A DNA stretch of 61,685 nt, the filler included, from Sphacelaria rigidula (Eukaryota): NCBI GenBank assembly GCA_964200075.2. It is 8 parts of 8 records of this genome, joined end to end, with 100 filler letters (N's around TTAATTAATTAA, not from the genome) between each part and the next. Parts side by side here need not be neighbours in the genome. Positions count along the whole stretch, not along the records: positions 30,895 to 38,517 come from CAXNAA020014051.1; positions 38,618 to 46,240 come from CAXNAA020014052.1; positions 46,341 to 53,963 come from CAXNAA020014053.1; 5 more parts are not named here. One strand, written 5' to 3'. Position numbers and translations under genes: made by a program. The stretch's first letter is position 1. The number at the start of each line of letters is the position of its first letter. Shown piece after piece: positions 35,642 through 48,772 of the stretch. A model generated the notes under the pieces. The model was given only the letters and a program-made list of their open reading frames with translations. It did no database searches and was not told the DNA's origin.

Positions 35642-36515
35642 ATTTGCGCTGAAAAACTTGAAGCGGGACTCGAAAAATAATTGAAAGCTTATGAAAAAAT
35701 ATGAGGAGCTTAATTGATCATCATACATGTATTAATTCATTCATTCATGAATTAAAGATTGTACGAGGATGGATGGTTCGATGGTTGATTGGGATTTGTG
35801 ATGATTAAATATTTAAGGTAATGTTCGTAGGGATATCGTTTCGATTATTCGGTTGGGAGTGGTTCGGGTTGGATGAACATGTTTCGATTATTTATACTTA
35901 TAAAATAATTAGTTAATCAATTAATAAATCGATCAATCAAGTAGTTAATTACTTGTATATATTTATATAATGCTTCATCAATAAATGAATTAATTGTTGG
36001 GTAATGGTTGGCTGGCTTTTTGGTTGGGAATGGTTGCACGGTTTGTTGAATTTTATTTTCAGGACAAGGGAGAGACAATACACTACGACAAGGATAGAAA
36101 TAAGGCGCATAAAGCGCGCCTGATTTGCGCTTAAACAAATTAAAGCGGGCCTCGAAAAATGATAAAAGCTCAGAAAAAAATATGAAGAGCTTAATTCATC
36201 GTTATATATATAATAATTAATTAATTCAACAATGTTTAATTGTTGGAGGACGGATAGTTGGATGGTTGATTGGGATTTGCGATAATTAAATAATTAATTA
36301 ATTAATTAATGTAGGGAATTGTTTATAGTTTTTGCTGGGGAGTGGTTAGGGTTGGATGATCATGTTTTAATTATTATATATATTTATAAAATAAGTACTT
36401 GATCAATTAACCAAGTAATTACTTGATTGTATATATTTATATAAGGATTAATCAATTAATAAATCGATGGTTGGGAATGGTTGAATGGTTTGTTGAATGT
36501 TATTTTCAGGAAAAG
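35642..36515. repeat. AT-rich ~481-bp diverged tandem duplication
   Basis: atttgcgct..aagcggg(a/c)ctcgaaaaat at 35642 and 36123; gatggttgattgggatttg repeated. Confidence 0.8.
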
Positions 36516-36559
36516 AGAAAGGCAATGAAGGGAAAGGCAATATGGAGTGTGCACATTCC

Positions 36560-37030
36560 TAGTTCGTGATTCGTGCGGTACACCGTCGAAGGTAAACGTT
36601 TCCTATTTTCATTCGTATGGTGTGAACCATAGGCACATATTCCCCACCTTCTATCCATACGAGGTGAATCAAGCGTACACAGTTCCCAATTTCCGTTCAT
36701 GCAGCATGAATCATACGTACACATTTCCAACCTTCTTGTCAAACGAGACGAATCAAGTGTATATGTTTCCTGATTTCCGCCCATGCAGCATGAATCGTAC
36801 GTACATGTTTCACACCTTCTAGCCATACGAAGGAAATGAAGTGTACATGGTTCCCGATTTCCGTGTATGCAGCATGAATCATACGTACATGTTCCCCACC
36901 TTCCGTTCATACGAGATGGATCAAGTGTACCTGTTTTCTACCTTTCATTACGCAGGGTGAAACACACGCGCATGTTCCCAACCTTCTGTTCATATGATAT
37001 AAATTTTGAGAACATGTTTTCCACCTACCA
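36560..37030. repeat. 42-bp minisatellite with an 84-bp higher-order period; another patch at ~38230-38340
   Basis: atgcagcatgaatc(a/g)tacgtac at 36699, 36783 and 36867, alternating with gaga(t/c)gaatcaagtgta units. Confidence 0.8.
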
Positions 37031-38517
37031 TTTCATTGGGCGCGACTCTTCGGTGTGGCCTTCCAGCAGGTGTGGTAGGCAAATAAGAGCGTACAGGTCG
37101 CGAACCTCTCAAGAGTCCAATGCGCAATAAAATCGGTTTTAAATGTAGCACTCACACATAACATATACTTTCTCTGTGCCATAAGCAAAGGTCCTTATGA
37201 CTACACAGACCCTTTACCGTCACCGATGCAAAAGGCGATAACTTTTCCGAAATCTTTGGTGTTTTTTTACTCAAATCCGCGTCTTTTTTTTTCTTTTCTC
37301 TGCGCACCTTTATGCATGCATGAACGGCCGAAAAAGATCAGACTGCCCGAAAAGACCGTATTTTGCCCGTTTCTGGAAGACAGCGAAGGACAGTGGAAAC
37401 CCCAAAAAACTTCAAAAATCGCGAGAAAGACGTCGAAATAACCCCATGCCTCCGATCCATCAGCTACGCCTCGTCCAGAACCACTTCGTCACATAGCTGC
37501 CTCCATATGGTTACAAAACAGGCAACAAGAGTCGATTTTTTGCCGAAAATGGACAATGTGGTCGAAATTGGTCGAATTTGGCCATGTTTCGACCCACGAG
37601 TTGTCAGCAAGTACGACTCAGATTTTGGTCCCTTTTTTTGTATGAGGATCACCATATCTTAGCTTTTCAACAAGCCAAATTGCAGCATCGTGGGTAGCTC
37701 CATTGTCGAGATATGATCTGCCGCCCATCAGGACCGTTACTTATGGCACAGAGGAGGTATCAACTATAGTACAACAGACGCATCTGCGTGCCCAGAGCCG
37801 TTTTTCTAGCCAGTTGTTTTCCCTGAGCTATGCTATTGGCAGCCTTCGTGGTTTCATGTGCTCCGTGGTACACTCGAGACCTGAACACACTGTCTTCAAT
37901 ACCACGAACACTTACGAAAGCACAGCACCAGCACGAGTCGTCCTCGCATGCTCGCGGGAGTTTCCGGGAAAACTGGGTGCACTGCAGTCCGCGAACAGTG
38001 CGGTACAGGATGGCACAGCACGCATCTACGCGCCTAGAGTGATTCTTCTAGCTGTTTATTTTCCCGAGCTGAGCTAACGATGGCATTTCTGCTTTTCGTG
38101 ATTTGTTCTGTAGTACAACGGGCCTGACTATATAACACAGTACAGGACAGCTTCAGACAGAACCAGTACTGCGATAGTCGTCCCCCCATGTTCGCCTGAG
38201 TTTTCGGAAACACTCTGTGGAGAAATACAATCCGAGGTAAATCAAGCGTACATGTTTCGCAGTTTCCGTTCTTGCAACATGAATCCTTTTCACGTGTTCC
38301 CCACCTTCGATTCATGCGAGATGAATCAAGTGTACACAGTGTTGTTCCTTTTCAATATATTATGGAGGCATTGTACGTAAATTATAATTCATCATCCGCG
38401 GCGTCAATTGGAGACGGCCATACTCTAAGGCCTAACATATGTCGAGACTAGAGGGGCAGACGTCCTTGGAAGAGAGGTCTCCACATCAGCACGGATGATG
38501 AATTATAATTTACGTAC

Positions 38518-38617
38518 NNNNNNNNNNNNNNNNNNNNNNNNNNNNNNNNNNNNNNNNNNNNTTAATTAATTAANNNNNNNNNNNNNNNNNNNNNNNNNNN
38601 NNNNNNNNNNNNNNNNN
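38518..38617. other. Artificial contig linker
   Basis: Same 100-nt spacer. Confidence 0.98.
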
Positions 38618-40560
38618 GGAGTGTTCTGGGGGGGGGGGGGGGGGGCTATCGTAGAGAGTGTCGGGGGTGCTGAGCTTCTAGCGTGCGCACAACGCGTTTT
38701 TGTCTAAATCCGCGCCCGGGGCGCCGATTTGAGGTCGGGCAACGCACACTTTGCCCAGGGAGCACTTTGCACCCCCCTTGCTAGGGTTCTCGGTATGCCT
38801 TCGTTGGGGTTAGGGGCAGGGTCAGGTTAGTTTTAGTGTTGGTAATATTCGAAATCATGAATTGACGAGAAATTTCCTTCTCCTACCGAGTGGTGAACTG
38901 ACCTCGTTGATTTGGTTGTTCGGTGAGGGTGTAAAGCGTCCTGCAGCTGCAGCGGTGCTGTGCCGCGTGTGCTTTGTAGACTGAGTAGCCTACCGCGGAG
39001 GATCACACTCGGGCCACGGTTTGATCCATCAGAGAATTTGACTGAAGAAATGAAGATGTTTATTTTTGACTGACTCCCGAAGTCAAGTTTTCGCTCATGG
39101 TGATGAAGAAAAGTAGTGGAGGAGAGTGATCAGGTGAGCGAACACCAAGTGTGCGAGCCTACCGATTAGCTAATCAACTTCCAGAACTTGAACACGTCTA
39201 GAACACTCGTGGGATATTACAACCGATAACTTCTGATTAATCCCCCGACAACTTGTTCTAAAAACATAGTATACCGCAGAATATACCGCAGACTATTTCC
39301 GGAACACTCAAACGGTTTCTTACTTCTTTACGATAACCTACGATAGATAGTAGTCGTTACCAATGACTGGCATTGAATATTCCAACACTCCCCCACATAC
39401 ACTTAATCTAGAATCATCTAGATCTACGAAGAACGTTCTGGAAGTGTTTCCAGAAGAATTCAGCATACTTACAGCAAGTTCTACGGAGAAACAGCAACCC
39501 GTGTACTAGTCAGATCCTTCTCTTGGTTGCACCTATACTGCTACTGCTATTACTGCCCAGACTGAGACTAGTTGCTGCAATCGTCAACAAAGGTAAATCT
39601 GTGTCTGATTGCTTGCATTCATACATACATACCATTTCCCTGACATTCGGCAGTTTGTTTAGATCATTTTCTCGCCCCTTGGCCGCACAGAGGCACAGGT
39701 GGTCTGTCCACTCGTTCAATTGGTATAATTTTTGCACCCGAGCGATGACGGTTGGAGTCACCTTGCCATCTCGGGGCGTTTCAAGGGTGGTTGGATCAAC
39801 GTGAACCCCTTGTCTGCAAGACATTCTAGCAATCTCCTAGTCAGTCTCATGTGTGTAGGCCAATGCGAACATTTCGTGATTTGACGTTAGCATGAAAACT
39901 GTCCCTGTAGTAAAGAGGGTGTATGCGACGAGTGGCGTTTAAAACTAAATCATGGCATGCCGAAAAGGTCGACGAAAAAATATGGTATACGACGTAATAT
40001 ACAAAAAGGAAAAAGAAGAACCCGTAGAACGTCTTGACGGATCGTATTGGGTGACACTGCCCGCTGTGTTACTTCGACGACGAAGGAGCTAGGCATATTT
40101 TATCTGATCGACTCACGAGCAGGTTTGCGAAATACGATCCATCAAGATGCGCCTATATTTTTCATCGCGTTGTACTCTGTATACTCGTACTGTATCCTCC
40201 AACCGTTTTTTTTCTATTCTTCACATGCCATGATTTCGCTTCAAGAGCCATTCGTCGTATTCACCTCACTTTGAAGGTCCCCATGGTCAGCGCAGTCAAA
40301 CAAATGATCGAAACCGTGTAACCGCGACGAACTCTAGGATTGCTCGTGGAGGAGGATCGGTGTGTGGAATCCGAAGTCGCGGAAGCGCGCAGTGGCATGC
40401 ATACATGGACACTGATGCGCACCATTGAAGCCAAAAAAGAGCTGGGCATATCAGCACAGGCGCATCATGTGATCATGAAATTTTTTGGCGTGCCCCAATA
40501 CGGCGGTGTTCGTTTTTGATATTACTATGTCAACTCTTTCAACCGTTTGGGCTCCAGATC

Positions 40561-41521
40561 TAGGCATTAGCTCCGTAAGCGCGCTTAAGGTTTAGCTTAA
40601 TTTGGGGTTCTCGGGCTTATATATGCCTTTTTATCGAAAGGGTTAAAGAGAGCTTACATTTTTTGAAAAGCTTATTATGTGCTCGAAACGCGCATAAAAT
40701 TGCGATATTATGTTACGCGCCTCCTGCAGCCAGTGTATCAGCTGCTTAAAAGTGCTTCCTACGATCCATGGCGATACTCGTCACTCGTCACCAGACTGGC
40801 TTTAATATTCGATACAGTACTACTGTACTACAAACTGCTATGGTTGCGGGTCTGATCCGGAAAACGTTCCTGTTCGTGTTATATTATATATATATATATG
40901 ATACTACGTTGAATTGAATAATGTAATGTATATTTTGTACGATAGTTGTACCATCGGATTCATTGTACAGCGTACAGCGTACAACCTACAGCGTTTTTGG
41001 GCGGTAATCATGGGCAGCAGCAGAAAACAGTCTCGTGACAATGTGATTTCAAATGTCGACTGATTGCAGAGGATGGGATGGGCGGGGACGATAGCTTGTA
41101 GCTTGAAGCTAGATGGCGAGAGGCCAAAGGCTGCAATACCCTGTGTCCAGAGGCTGCAATGACCCGCTGCTGCCTCATGTATCACGAGTGTACATAGTGT
41201 GGGCACGTTGTTTCGACAGGTGGTTTGGGGTGGCGTTCGAACTCAATGATACGAGAAAAGTCTCATTTTTTAATCAAAAACATTTTTTTGAAGTTCGAAT
41301 ACCAAAATTGTAGTCTTCTCCTCATGCTAGAAGGCGCGCCTCGTGAGGGGATACTGCCACAACGCCACAACAAGGACACGAAGGGGGCGCATAAAGTACG
41401 CATATTTTCGCTGAAAAAAGCTTTAAAGTGGGACATAAAACAAGGGGAGAGAGCTTATGTATATTTGAAAAAAAAATGAGCTTAGTTTTTCGAGAAAACG
41501 GGCTTACGGAGCTAATGCCTA
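40561..41521. mobile_element. hAT-type non-autonomous element (961 bp)
   Basis: Perfect 20-bp TIR taggcattagctccgtaagc; perfect 8-bp TSD tccagatc (40553-40560, 41522-41529); gctta subterminal motifs. Confidence 0.92.
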
Positions 41522-41831
41522 TCCAGATCTCGTTTCAAGACAATATCGAACGTCGACCTTCATTTGTCAACTACCCTGATGATAAAGCTGAGCAGCTCCT
41601 CGCTGGTTGCAAGCACCCCCCCCCCACCCCCACCCCCGGAAACAGCATCCCCTAGATCCCGTGGTTTCCGAACCCTCACCTCGTTGTATTTGAGTCAACC
41701 AAATCGGTCAGAGTACACATCGTCCAAGTGGTCGATTCAGTGTCGGTCGATGACGTCTAGCGACTGAAGGGTCAGCACCCCTACATAACGAAAAAAGCCC
41801 AACCGTTCCGCTTCTTTTAACATTGCAACAG

Positions 41832-42367
41832 GTTCTTCTCGCCGTGGATCGTTATCAACGACGGTATCTACTAACGCTCGGCGTAGATCTTCCACACTCT
41901 CCTACGACTTCCCCACAAGCAACATCCCCGAACGTCGTGAATCCGACTACAGTGAACACGGCATGCTGCCGCTACATCAGTCAGGACCGGTATCTACAGT
42001 ATCCCGTCGGAGATCGGTTGTGTCAACATCACGTCCATCGGACTCCTACCGTGAGTCGGCGTCAACAACAGCATCTACGAACACCCGTCGTCAGTCGTCA
42101 TCTACGAACGCTCGACGTAGATCTTCCGCGCTCTCCTACGACTTTCCTGAACGTCGTGAATCCAACAATAGTGAACACGGCATGATGCCGTCACACCAGT
42201 CAGGACCGGTATCTACAATATCCCGTCGGAGATCGGTTCTGTCAACGTCACGCCCATCGGACTTTTACCACCAGGAAGATGTCGAATTCGCCGGGCGACG
42301 AGTCCTAGTATTACACCGGACAAGGCACACCCAAAATGGGGTTTTGTCCATACCAGAGCCTTGTTGA
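41832..42367 (+). CDS. Putative Ser/Arg/Thr-rich exon with an internal ~60-aa duplication
   Basis: gcaacag acceptor at 41831; open frame; duplicated block offset 234 nt with a 15-nt indel (both frame-preserving); 3' boundary uncertain. Confidence 0.4.
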
Positions 42368-42419
42368 GACTGCTGTTTCCCTCATATGTGCATTCTTATC
42401 ATCTTTGTTGTCTCTACAG

Positions 42420-42611
42420 TCGATGTATAAGATTCCATGCTCCCCTTCACCGGAGATGGCTTTTCGTGCTGTGTATGTAGGTTCTTTTGACAGTGGCGCC
42501 GACAGCACCTGCGTCGTTGACGAGCAAGATCTCGCCCTCGCGATCTTTGTGTTTCATGGCAGTCGAAGATGCACCTTCTTGGTGAAAAATAGACCGTCAT
42601 TGAAAATTGAA
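42420..42611 (+). CDS. Putative exon (SMYKIPCSPSPEMAFRAVYVGSFD...PSLKIE), product unknown
   Basis: Pyrimidine tract plus ctacag acceptor; GTAAGC donor; 192 nt open. Confidence 0.35.
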
Positions 42612-43547
42612 GTAAGCGTGGGGCCGGTGAAAGCTATCAAATGAAATTGTACCGTGCTTTAAGCGCACTGTGTTCCGTTCGCGTGCATACCCTTCCTCCC
42701 ATCGGTCACGAACTCCGAGGTTTCATGTGTATCGCTTTTGAAATAGTGCAGCTTTTTGCTTGGGCGTCGGCATGGATATCGCCACCGAGGGAAGACAGGG
42801 CTGTTTGCCCCTTGTAGTGTGAGATGACCGTGTTTTATCCAGGGTGATGAGAGGGTTTAAGTCAATTCAAGATATTGATATTTATGCGTTTTTATTTTCT
42901 CTGTCTTTGGCAAGAAGTTCTTTCGCGGACTCCATCCATGAATATTCGTGACATTGTTTTCTACTTGGATCCCGACCGCGCAATTTTTTTGCGGTCGGGG
43001 TGAGATCTCTCCTAGTATCTCATTTTATTTTAGGGAAGTTAAAGGAGTTAGAAGTCGAGAGCATGGCGTCAAGTTTTCCATGATATAGCACACGCGTTCT
43101 AATTCAGCTTCCATTCGGTTGAATTCATGGACCCATTCATGACTATCCGTGAGGTTCTTGTTTTTGTGGAGCGTGTTCGCACGAATTTTCGGCGGTCGGG
43201 ATGGGATCTCTTGCGGGGTCTCATTTTTTGTCGGAAACGTTCAAAGAGTTTGGAGCCAAGAGCATGCAGAGAAATTCGCATCTTCTAGCGCACGCGTGCG
43301 TTACTTTTGTTTGCTTTTCACCTGGCAATATCACGCAAGCATGGGAGAGTCTCATGTGCACCGCGAGGTTGGTGGTTCTTTGACAGGCGTGAGGTGTGGG
43401 GGCATGCGTGTTGCGTTTTGATGGAAGCCGACGATGTGAGCGTAGCTGTGGAAAAGTGCATACGTTTGACGTATAGATTTTTGTTACCATGAATGACTGT
43501 TGTTTGATTCTGACGGAGGGGGTCATTCACATGTTCATGTTCACATT

Positions 43548-43686
43548 AGAGGCGACGTTGCCGCTCGTGTCCTTGAGTTATCGATGTTGTCGACATAAGA
43601 GGCGACGTTGTCGCTCGTGTGCTTGAGTTATCGGTGTCGTCGACATCAGAGGCGACTTTGTCGCTCCTATCCTTGAGTTATCAATG
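43548..43686. repeat. 50-bp minisatellite x3
   Basis: agaggcgac(g/t)ttg(c/t)cgctc at 43548, 43598 and 43648. Confidence 0.85.
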
Positions 43687-45377
43687 CTTTCGAGGTTGGT
43701 GTGGCCACTAGAGTCAGGTTTGGCTCTTGCAACCAAGTTTCGTGCATCACCTGCGCGTTTATTCGATCGTACTTGCCGCTGACTGTCCGCGTATTTGGAT
43801 AGCCTTGTACGCAGCAAGCAAACATAATCCTCGCAGATGAACATATTTGTGCGCGCTGGCTCACACGGTGAAGAACTTGTGATGTTTACGAGGTTCTCAT
43901 ACACCTTACGGACGATTGCGGGTGCACCAACAGCTACTAAGTGCTGAGGGTTCATGTGTAGCTTGATACATGTGGTGGGTTGGAGTTGCGAAAGTCTTGC
44001 CGTAGATCACAACTGAGCGGAAGAGGACTGAGCCGGTTGGTGCCGACCGCGGACGCACCCCTAGAATTTGCGCGAGGAGTCTCGTAGAAGTAAGCTTTCT
44101 GGAATGCCACGCCACCCGGTCTGTACTGAATGGCTGTCGCCCAGAAACAGGGGAGGGTGTACTAGAGGCAACTCAGACAGTCTGTATTAACAAGGTTTTC
44201 TTGAGATCGAGAGTGTAGCTCGCGATTGAGAGGCAGCTTTTACAAGGGAGACGGTCGTTTCCGTGTATTCCATTAATAGACTAGAAACTGATTTGCAATA
44301 GGAACGATCCGTGTTGAACTAACAATAAAAAGGGGAATGAGCATATCCATCACTGAAACCTTCCTCTCATCAATGCGCGGTTGTACCCTGAGCTGGTAAC
44401 GATTACACGTCGGAAATAAGGCCATGCATTCCACAAGTGTTCTTCCGACTAATACGTTGAACGCGAGTGTAGTGTAATGACGTATTGATGCGTCGCGATT
44501 CCAAAGAATCGTATATCAGTGCCTGTTTGCTTTGGTAATGTACATCCAACAACTCGCACGTCGGAACGTTGACCCTTCGACTGGCAGCGTTGGGAATCAG
44601 GGTCACGCAGTATCTTTTCAAGTGAACACGATGTCGATACCACAGAGGGACTTACTGACTCTCAATCGGATGATGTACTCCCCACCTCACTAAAACCTTG
44701 TTTATTTGGCCCAACGCCCATACATGGTGATGAACATTTATGATGAAGTCGAGAATTCGACGAATCAGGGGCCCTTCAGGAAGGAATCGACGGAATTTAG
44801 CGCCAGTGAAATGCGACCTTTGTAGTGGAACCCAATTTCACTTCGTGAATTTGGTTTTTGCCCAGGGTGAAATATTCGACTAGCCGGTTTTCCGCGACTC
44901 GATCTCTGCGATTCGTTTTTGCTACATTTTCCCACTCAAAAACTCCTTTTGATTTCGGTTTCTTGGGGGAAAACTCATCAAACGGAAACCAAACGCATGT
45001 TGCTCCAAATTACACCTGGACACACAGGAGTTGCTGCTGCCTACCTAGTATCATCCTCGAAATCGAAGTCTTGAGTGAGAACGCCCAGCGTGCAGCTGCT
45101 TGACGCGACCACCGCGTTTTGCTGTGGACCCTTCCCCACGTACTCGACAAGGGGGCAACATTCCCGTACAGACGGGGGCAATGCTAGCGGATCCTACGTC
45201 CTGACAGTATGGCAGCCGGCAACGTGGTTGTGGTAGTGTCCTTCTAAGCGAAATCAACTTACAGTGCACTGGAGCAGAATTTGCAGGTGAAGATTTTGGC
45301 GATTGCCTCACCTGCAGTTCGCTCAGATGTTGCGGATTTTTCCACGATCTCCCTGAGTAACATTATTATATACACGT

Positions 45378-45454
45378 GGAAATGTACCAGACCCTGCATA
45401 ATAAGCGGAAATGTACCAGACCCTGCATTATATGTGGAAATGTATCAGACCCTG
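45378..45454. repeat. 29-bp minisatellite x3
   Basis: ggaaatgta(c/t)cagaccctg at 45378, 45407 and 45436. Confidence 0.85.
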
Positions 45455-45514
45455 GACAAAAATTTCTACAGTCAGTACGAACACAATGCTAAGAGTGTAC
45501 TGCGGCGCACAGTG

Positions 45515-45626
45515 TGCTGTGTGTGTTGTCGTCCCATCTATTCTGAACGCCGGTCTCCACCTTTTGGTATATGTGAGCGCAACAGCCAGGGTCACACAGG
45601 AGGAAGGCCAACACACGAGTTTGTTT
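45515..45626 (-). mobile_element. 3' fragment of the (CA)n-tailed SINE
   Basis: gtgtgttgtcgtcccat.tattctga.cgcc.gtct.cacctt shared with 10211-10310. Confidence 0.75.
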
Positions 45627-46240
45627 CTCTAGGAAGGCGGCCATTACAGCGGCGGAGGCGGCATTTCACTGCTGCGTGCGCCACCTGGGGGAAATGTACG
45701 CTGTAGCTGCAACGCGTGCAGCTTTACAAAATGTGGCATAGTGATATAGCGCGTAGCGAGGGGTGATATCCCGCGTACACGTTGGCCGCAGGTATAAGCG
45801 GCTGCGTTCATGATGTGGCAAACTGCATAGGACAGCACGAAATCAATGCAGGACAGGAAGAGCCTAAGGATGTGACGTCTTGCGGTGTGCTTTGTCACCC
45901 TGCACCCTGCCGCAGTGCAGTGAGCAGGTAGCACCGCCGAAGGCGTCACGCTGCAGGTGGTACGCAGTGTCGAACACAGCAGCAAGCAGCATAATATTTG
46001 AAATGCTCGTACATGGATGTGTGTTCTAAGATCGACGCGCACACACACAGCAACTGCTATCGCCATCATCCATCGATCAGGGAGGTACCCCCCCTCCTCA
46101 AATAGGTTATCCGAGGGTCCCCCCCCCTCCCTTTCTACGGCCCCAGAAGAATGTTTGGGCAACCTGGGGGGGGAAGGGGGTGTACTCATGATCATGCATG
46201 CCATAATCATAAGACCATTGACCTCGCCTCCCTACAATGC

Positions 46241-46340
46241 NNNNNNNNNNNNNNNNNNNNNNNNNNNNNNNNNNNNNNNNNNNNTTAATTAATTAANNNN
46301 NNNNNNNNNNNNNNNNNNNNNNNNNNNNNNNNNNNNNNNN
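46241..46340. other. Artificial contig linker
   Basis: Same 100-nt spacer. Confidence 0.98.
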
Positions 46341-46670
46341 CTTTTGAGCTGGTTTTGGGGGGGGGGCTATCGTAGAAAGTGTCGCCACGGGTCACCCACC
46401 ATTGCCTCACGGGTGTCTCGCCATTTGACCACTATGTATTGTAGTACGACCACCCCCTTCGCGCGGAGTCGAGGTTCTCCGCCCCGCACAACATGATCTC
46501 ATTCGACCACTATCATGGCAGCCACAAAAAACGCAGGGGTGGAAAGAAAGACGGTGTAAAGGTGGTTGCCTTGTTTAACGAGTGCGGGGCGATTTTTACA
46601 GCCTCGTTGCCAACCGACGCCAACCCTTGAGGGACGGGGAGGGGGGCGAGGCGGGATGCATTGCTCCTCC

Positions 46671-47491
46671 GAGCCTTTCTACGATAGTTTCCCCCCCCCC
46701 CAGAAGTGGCTGGTTCGGGGAGGCAAAATCTACACCTGAATCTAAGTGAAAGAAGCCGAGCACAACGAGCAGCTGGGAAGTCCCACGATTGGGTTCGTTT
46801 CCGCCAATGTCGCCCATATGAGGCGTTTCATCTAGCCAGAAACAAAACATCAGGCGCTGTATCAGGGGTCTACGGGAAGAAGATTTTAGGACACGGAGGC
46901 ACCCCCCCACCCCCGCGCCCTCCCGGAAGGGAGTTTTTCGAAAGTTGTCATGATCTTTGTTTTCTTCGTTGAATCTGGAATATTGTTGCGAGAAATTCAT
47001 CAATAAACGCAGCAAAAACCGAAGAGTCTAGTGGGCTTTGCGGGGTTCGTATATTTGCTCTGTCCCGATGACCTCAGATGCCGGCCACGCTCACACACAT
47101 GTACACGAGCAGCCTGTAGCCGAAGTAGCAACAATATATCACTCCTCGCGAAACTTGCCCGCAGTACTGGTAGGTACTTGAGGTACACGACACGGAACAT
47201 GATCCCATAAATGTAATCGTGGTAAGTGATACGCTTGGAGAGGGCGTCGTGTCCGCCATCTCAGCGATCTCCATGTCAAGGATCTCTGTACACGGCAGCT
47301 GACCGCGTCCGCCTCGGCCAAAGACTAGGGGATAGCAGGCTGTGCTCCCCCCCGTCAAGAACCAAAATTTTCGATCTTGAGGCCAACGTGCCCCGAAATC
47401 TTTCCTCCGTAGCCCCCTGGCTGTATGATCATTTCCTTCGTGACAGATTTGGGCTGACTTTGGGGAGGGCTACAGTATCGTAGAAAGACTC
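46671..47491. mobile_element. ~820-bp TIR element; the same terminus appears at the starts of contigs 6 and 7
   Basis: gagcctttctacgata / tatcgtagaaagactc (15/16); ggggggctatcgtag(a/g)aag at ~38640-38658 and ~46360-46379. Confidence 0.65.
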
Positions 47492-47718
47492 CTCCGGTGG
47501 TATCGTCATCGACACGCGTTTACACCGCATTCGTTCGGTGCACCTTGCCACACCTGCTTAACTGCGACAGAAACGTTTTTGCGAAGATTCCTCCCCTTGG
47601 CATAGCTGTTCGGCATAAAAGCTGCATATAACAATGTTTTTGTGAGATTGAGAGTAGAGGATACGATTGAGAGTGAAAAGCGGTTAATTGGTGAATGTAT
47701 CGTTTCAGTTCCGAAAGC

Positions 47719-48772
47719 CCTGTTGCAGGTTAAGGGCAACGCCCGGTTAAGGGCAACTTTTCGCTTAAGGGCAAGCGGTCCGGATTAAGGGCAAGCGCCC
47801 CTGACTATGGGGAAGCGCCCCTGACTATGGGGAAGCGCACCCGGGTAAGGGGAAGCACACCTGGGTAGGGGGAAGCGCACGTGGGTAGGGGGGAGTGCAC
47901 CTGGATATGGGCAAGCGCCTCTGATTATTGACATCTGCCCCTAGCGATGTTGAAGCGATACACGTATCGTCAACATATTCCCGAATCAGCCGAAGAATGC
48001 CAAACTGTCTAGGGCGTGCTAAGGACCCACGAGACGTGTTTCTCTGGCTCGTGGGCACACGATACAGGTGTCTCTCGCTTGTGGACACGTGATACACGTC
48101 AGGGTTGGGGTTAGGGTTAGGGTTAGGGTTAGGGTTAGAGTTAGGGTATCATGGGTCCTTAGTGTAATGCGTGAGAGAACCGCGTGCTTAGAGGACCGTG
48201 CCGTAGTTCAAAATACCTCAGGATCGACGTTTTTCAAAACCAATCCGGCCAGTCCCTGCAGGTACTACGCCCCTGACCATAACCCCGACACTAACACTAA
48301 CCCTAACCATAGGGATGTTTAAATACCGATGCGGTCCTCTAAGCACGCGGTCCTCTCACACATTACACTAAGCACGCCCTAGACAGTTTGGCATTCTTCG
48401 GCTGATTCGGGAATATGATGACGATACGTGTATCGCTTCTCCGTCGCTAGGGGCAGATGCCAATATTCAGGGGCGCTTGCCCGTATCCAGATGCGCTCCC
48501 CCCTACCCAGGTGCGCTTCCCCTTCCCCGGGTGCGCTTCCCCCCACCCAGGTGCGCTTCCCCCTACCCAGGGGCGCTTCCCCATAGTCAGGGGCGCTTTC
48601 CCTTACCCAGGTGCGCTTCCCCATAGTCAGGAGCGCTTGCCCTGAATCCGGGCCGTTCCCCCCTAACCAGGGGCGCTTCCCCATAGTCAGGGGCGCTTGC
48701 CCTTAATCCGGACCGCTTGCCCTTAAGCGAAACGTTGCCCTTAACCGGGCGTTGCCCTTAACCTGCAACAGG
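47719..48772. mobile_element. Giant foldback element: 302/402-bp inverted arms of 20-bp G-rich units around a telomere-repeat core
   Basis: 47719-48020 is the reverse complement of 48371-48772, which carries ~100 extra nt of 20-bp units such as ccctgactatggggaagcgc. Confidence 0.9.
48101..48146 (+). repeat. Interstitial telomeric repeat (TTAGGG)n
   Basis: agggttggggttagggttagggttagggttagggttagagttaggg; degenerate inverse CCCTAA tract at ~48270-48308. Confidence 0.9.

Noticed and set aside
48101-48146. True chromosome end
   Set aside because: Short, internal to the contig and enclosed by foldback arms.
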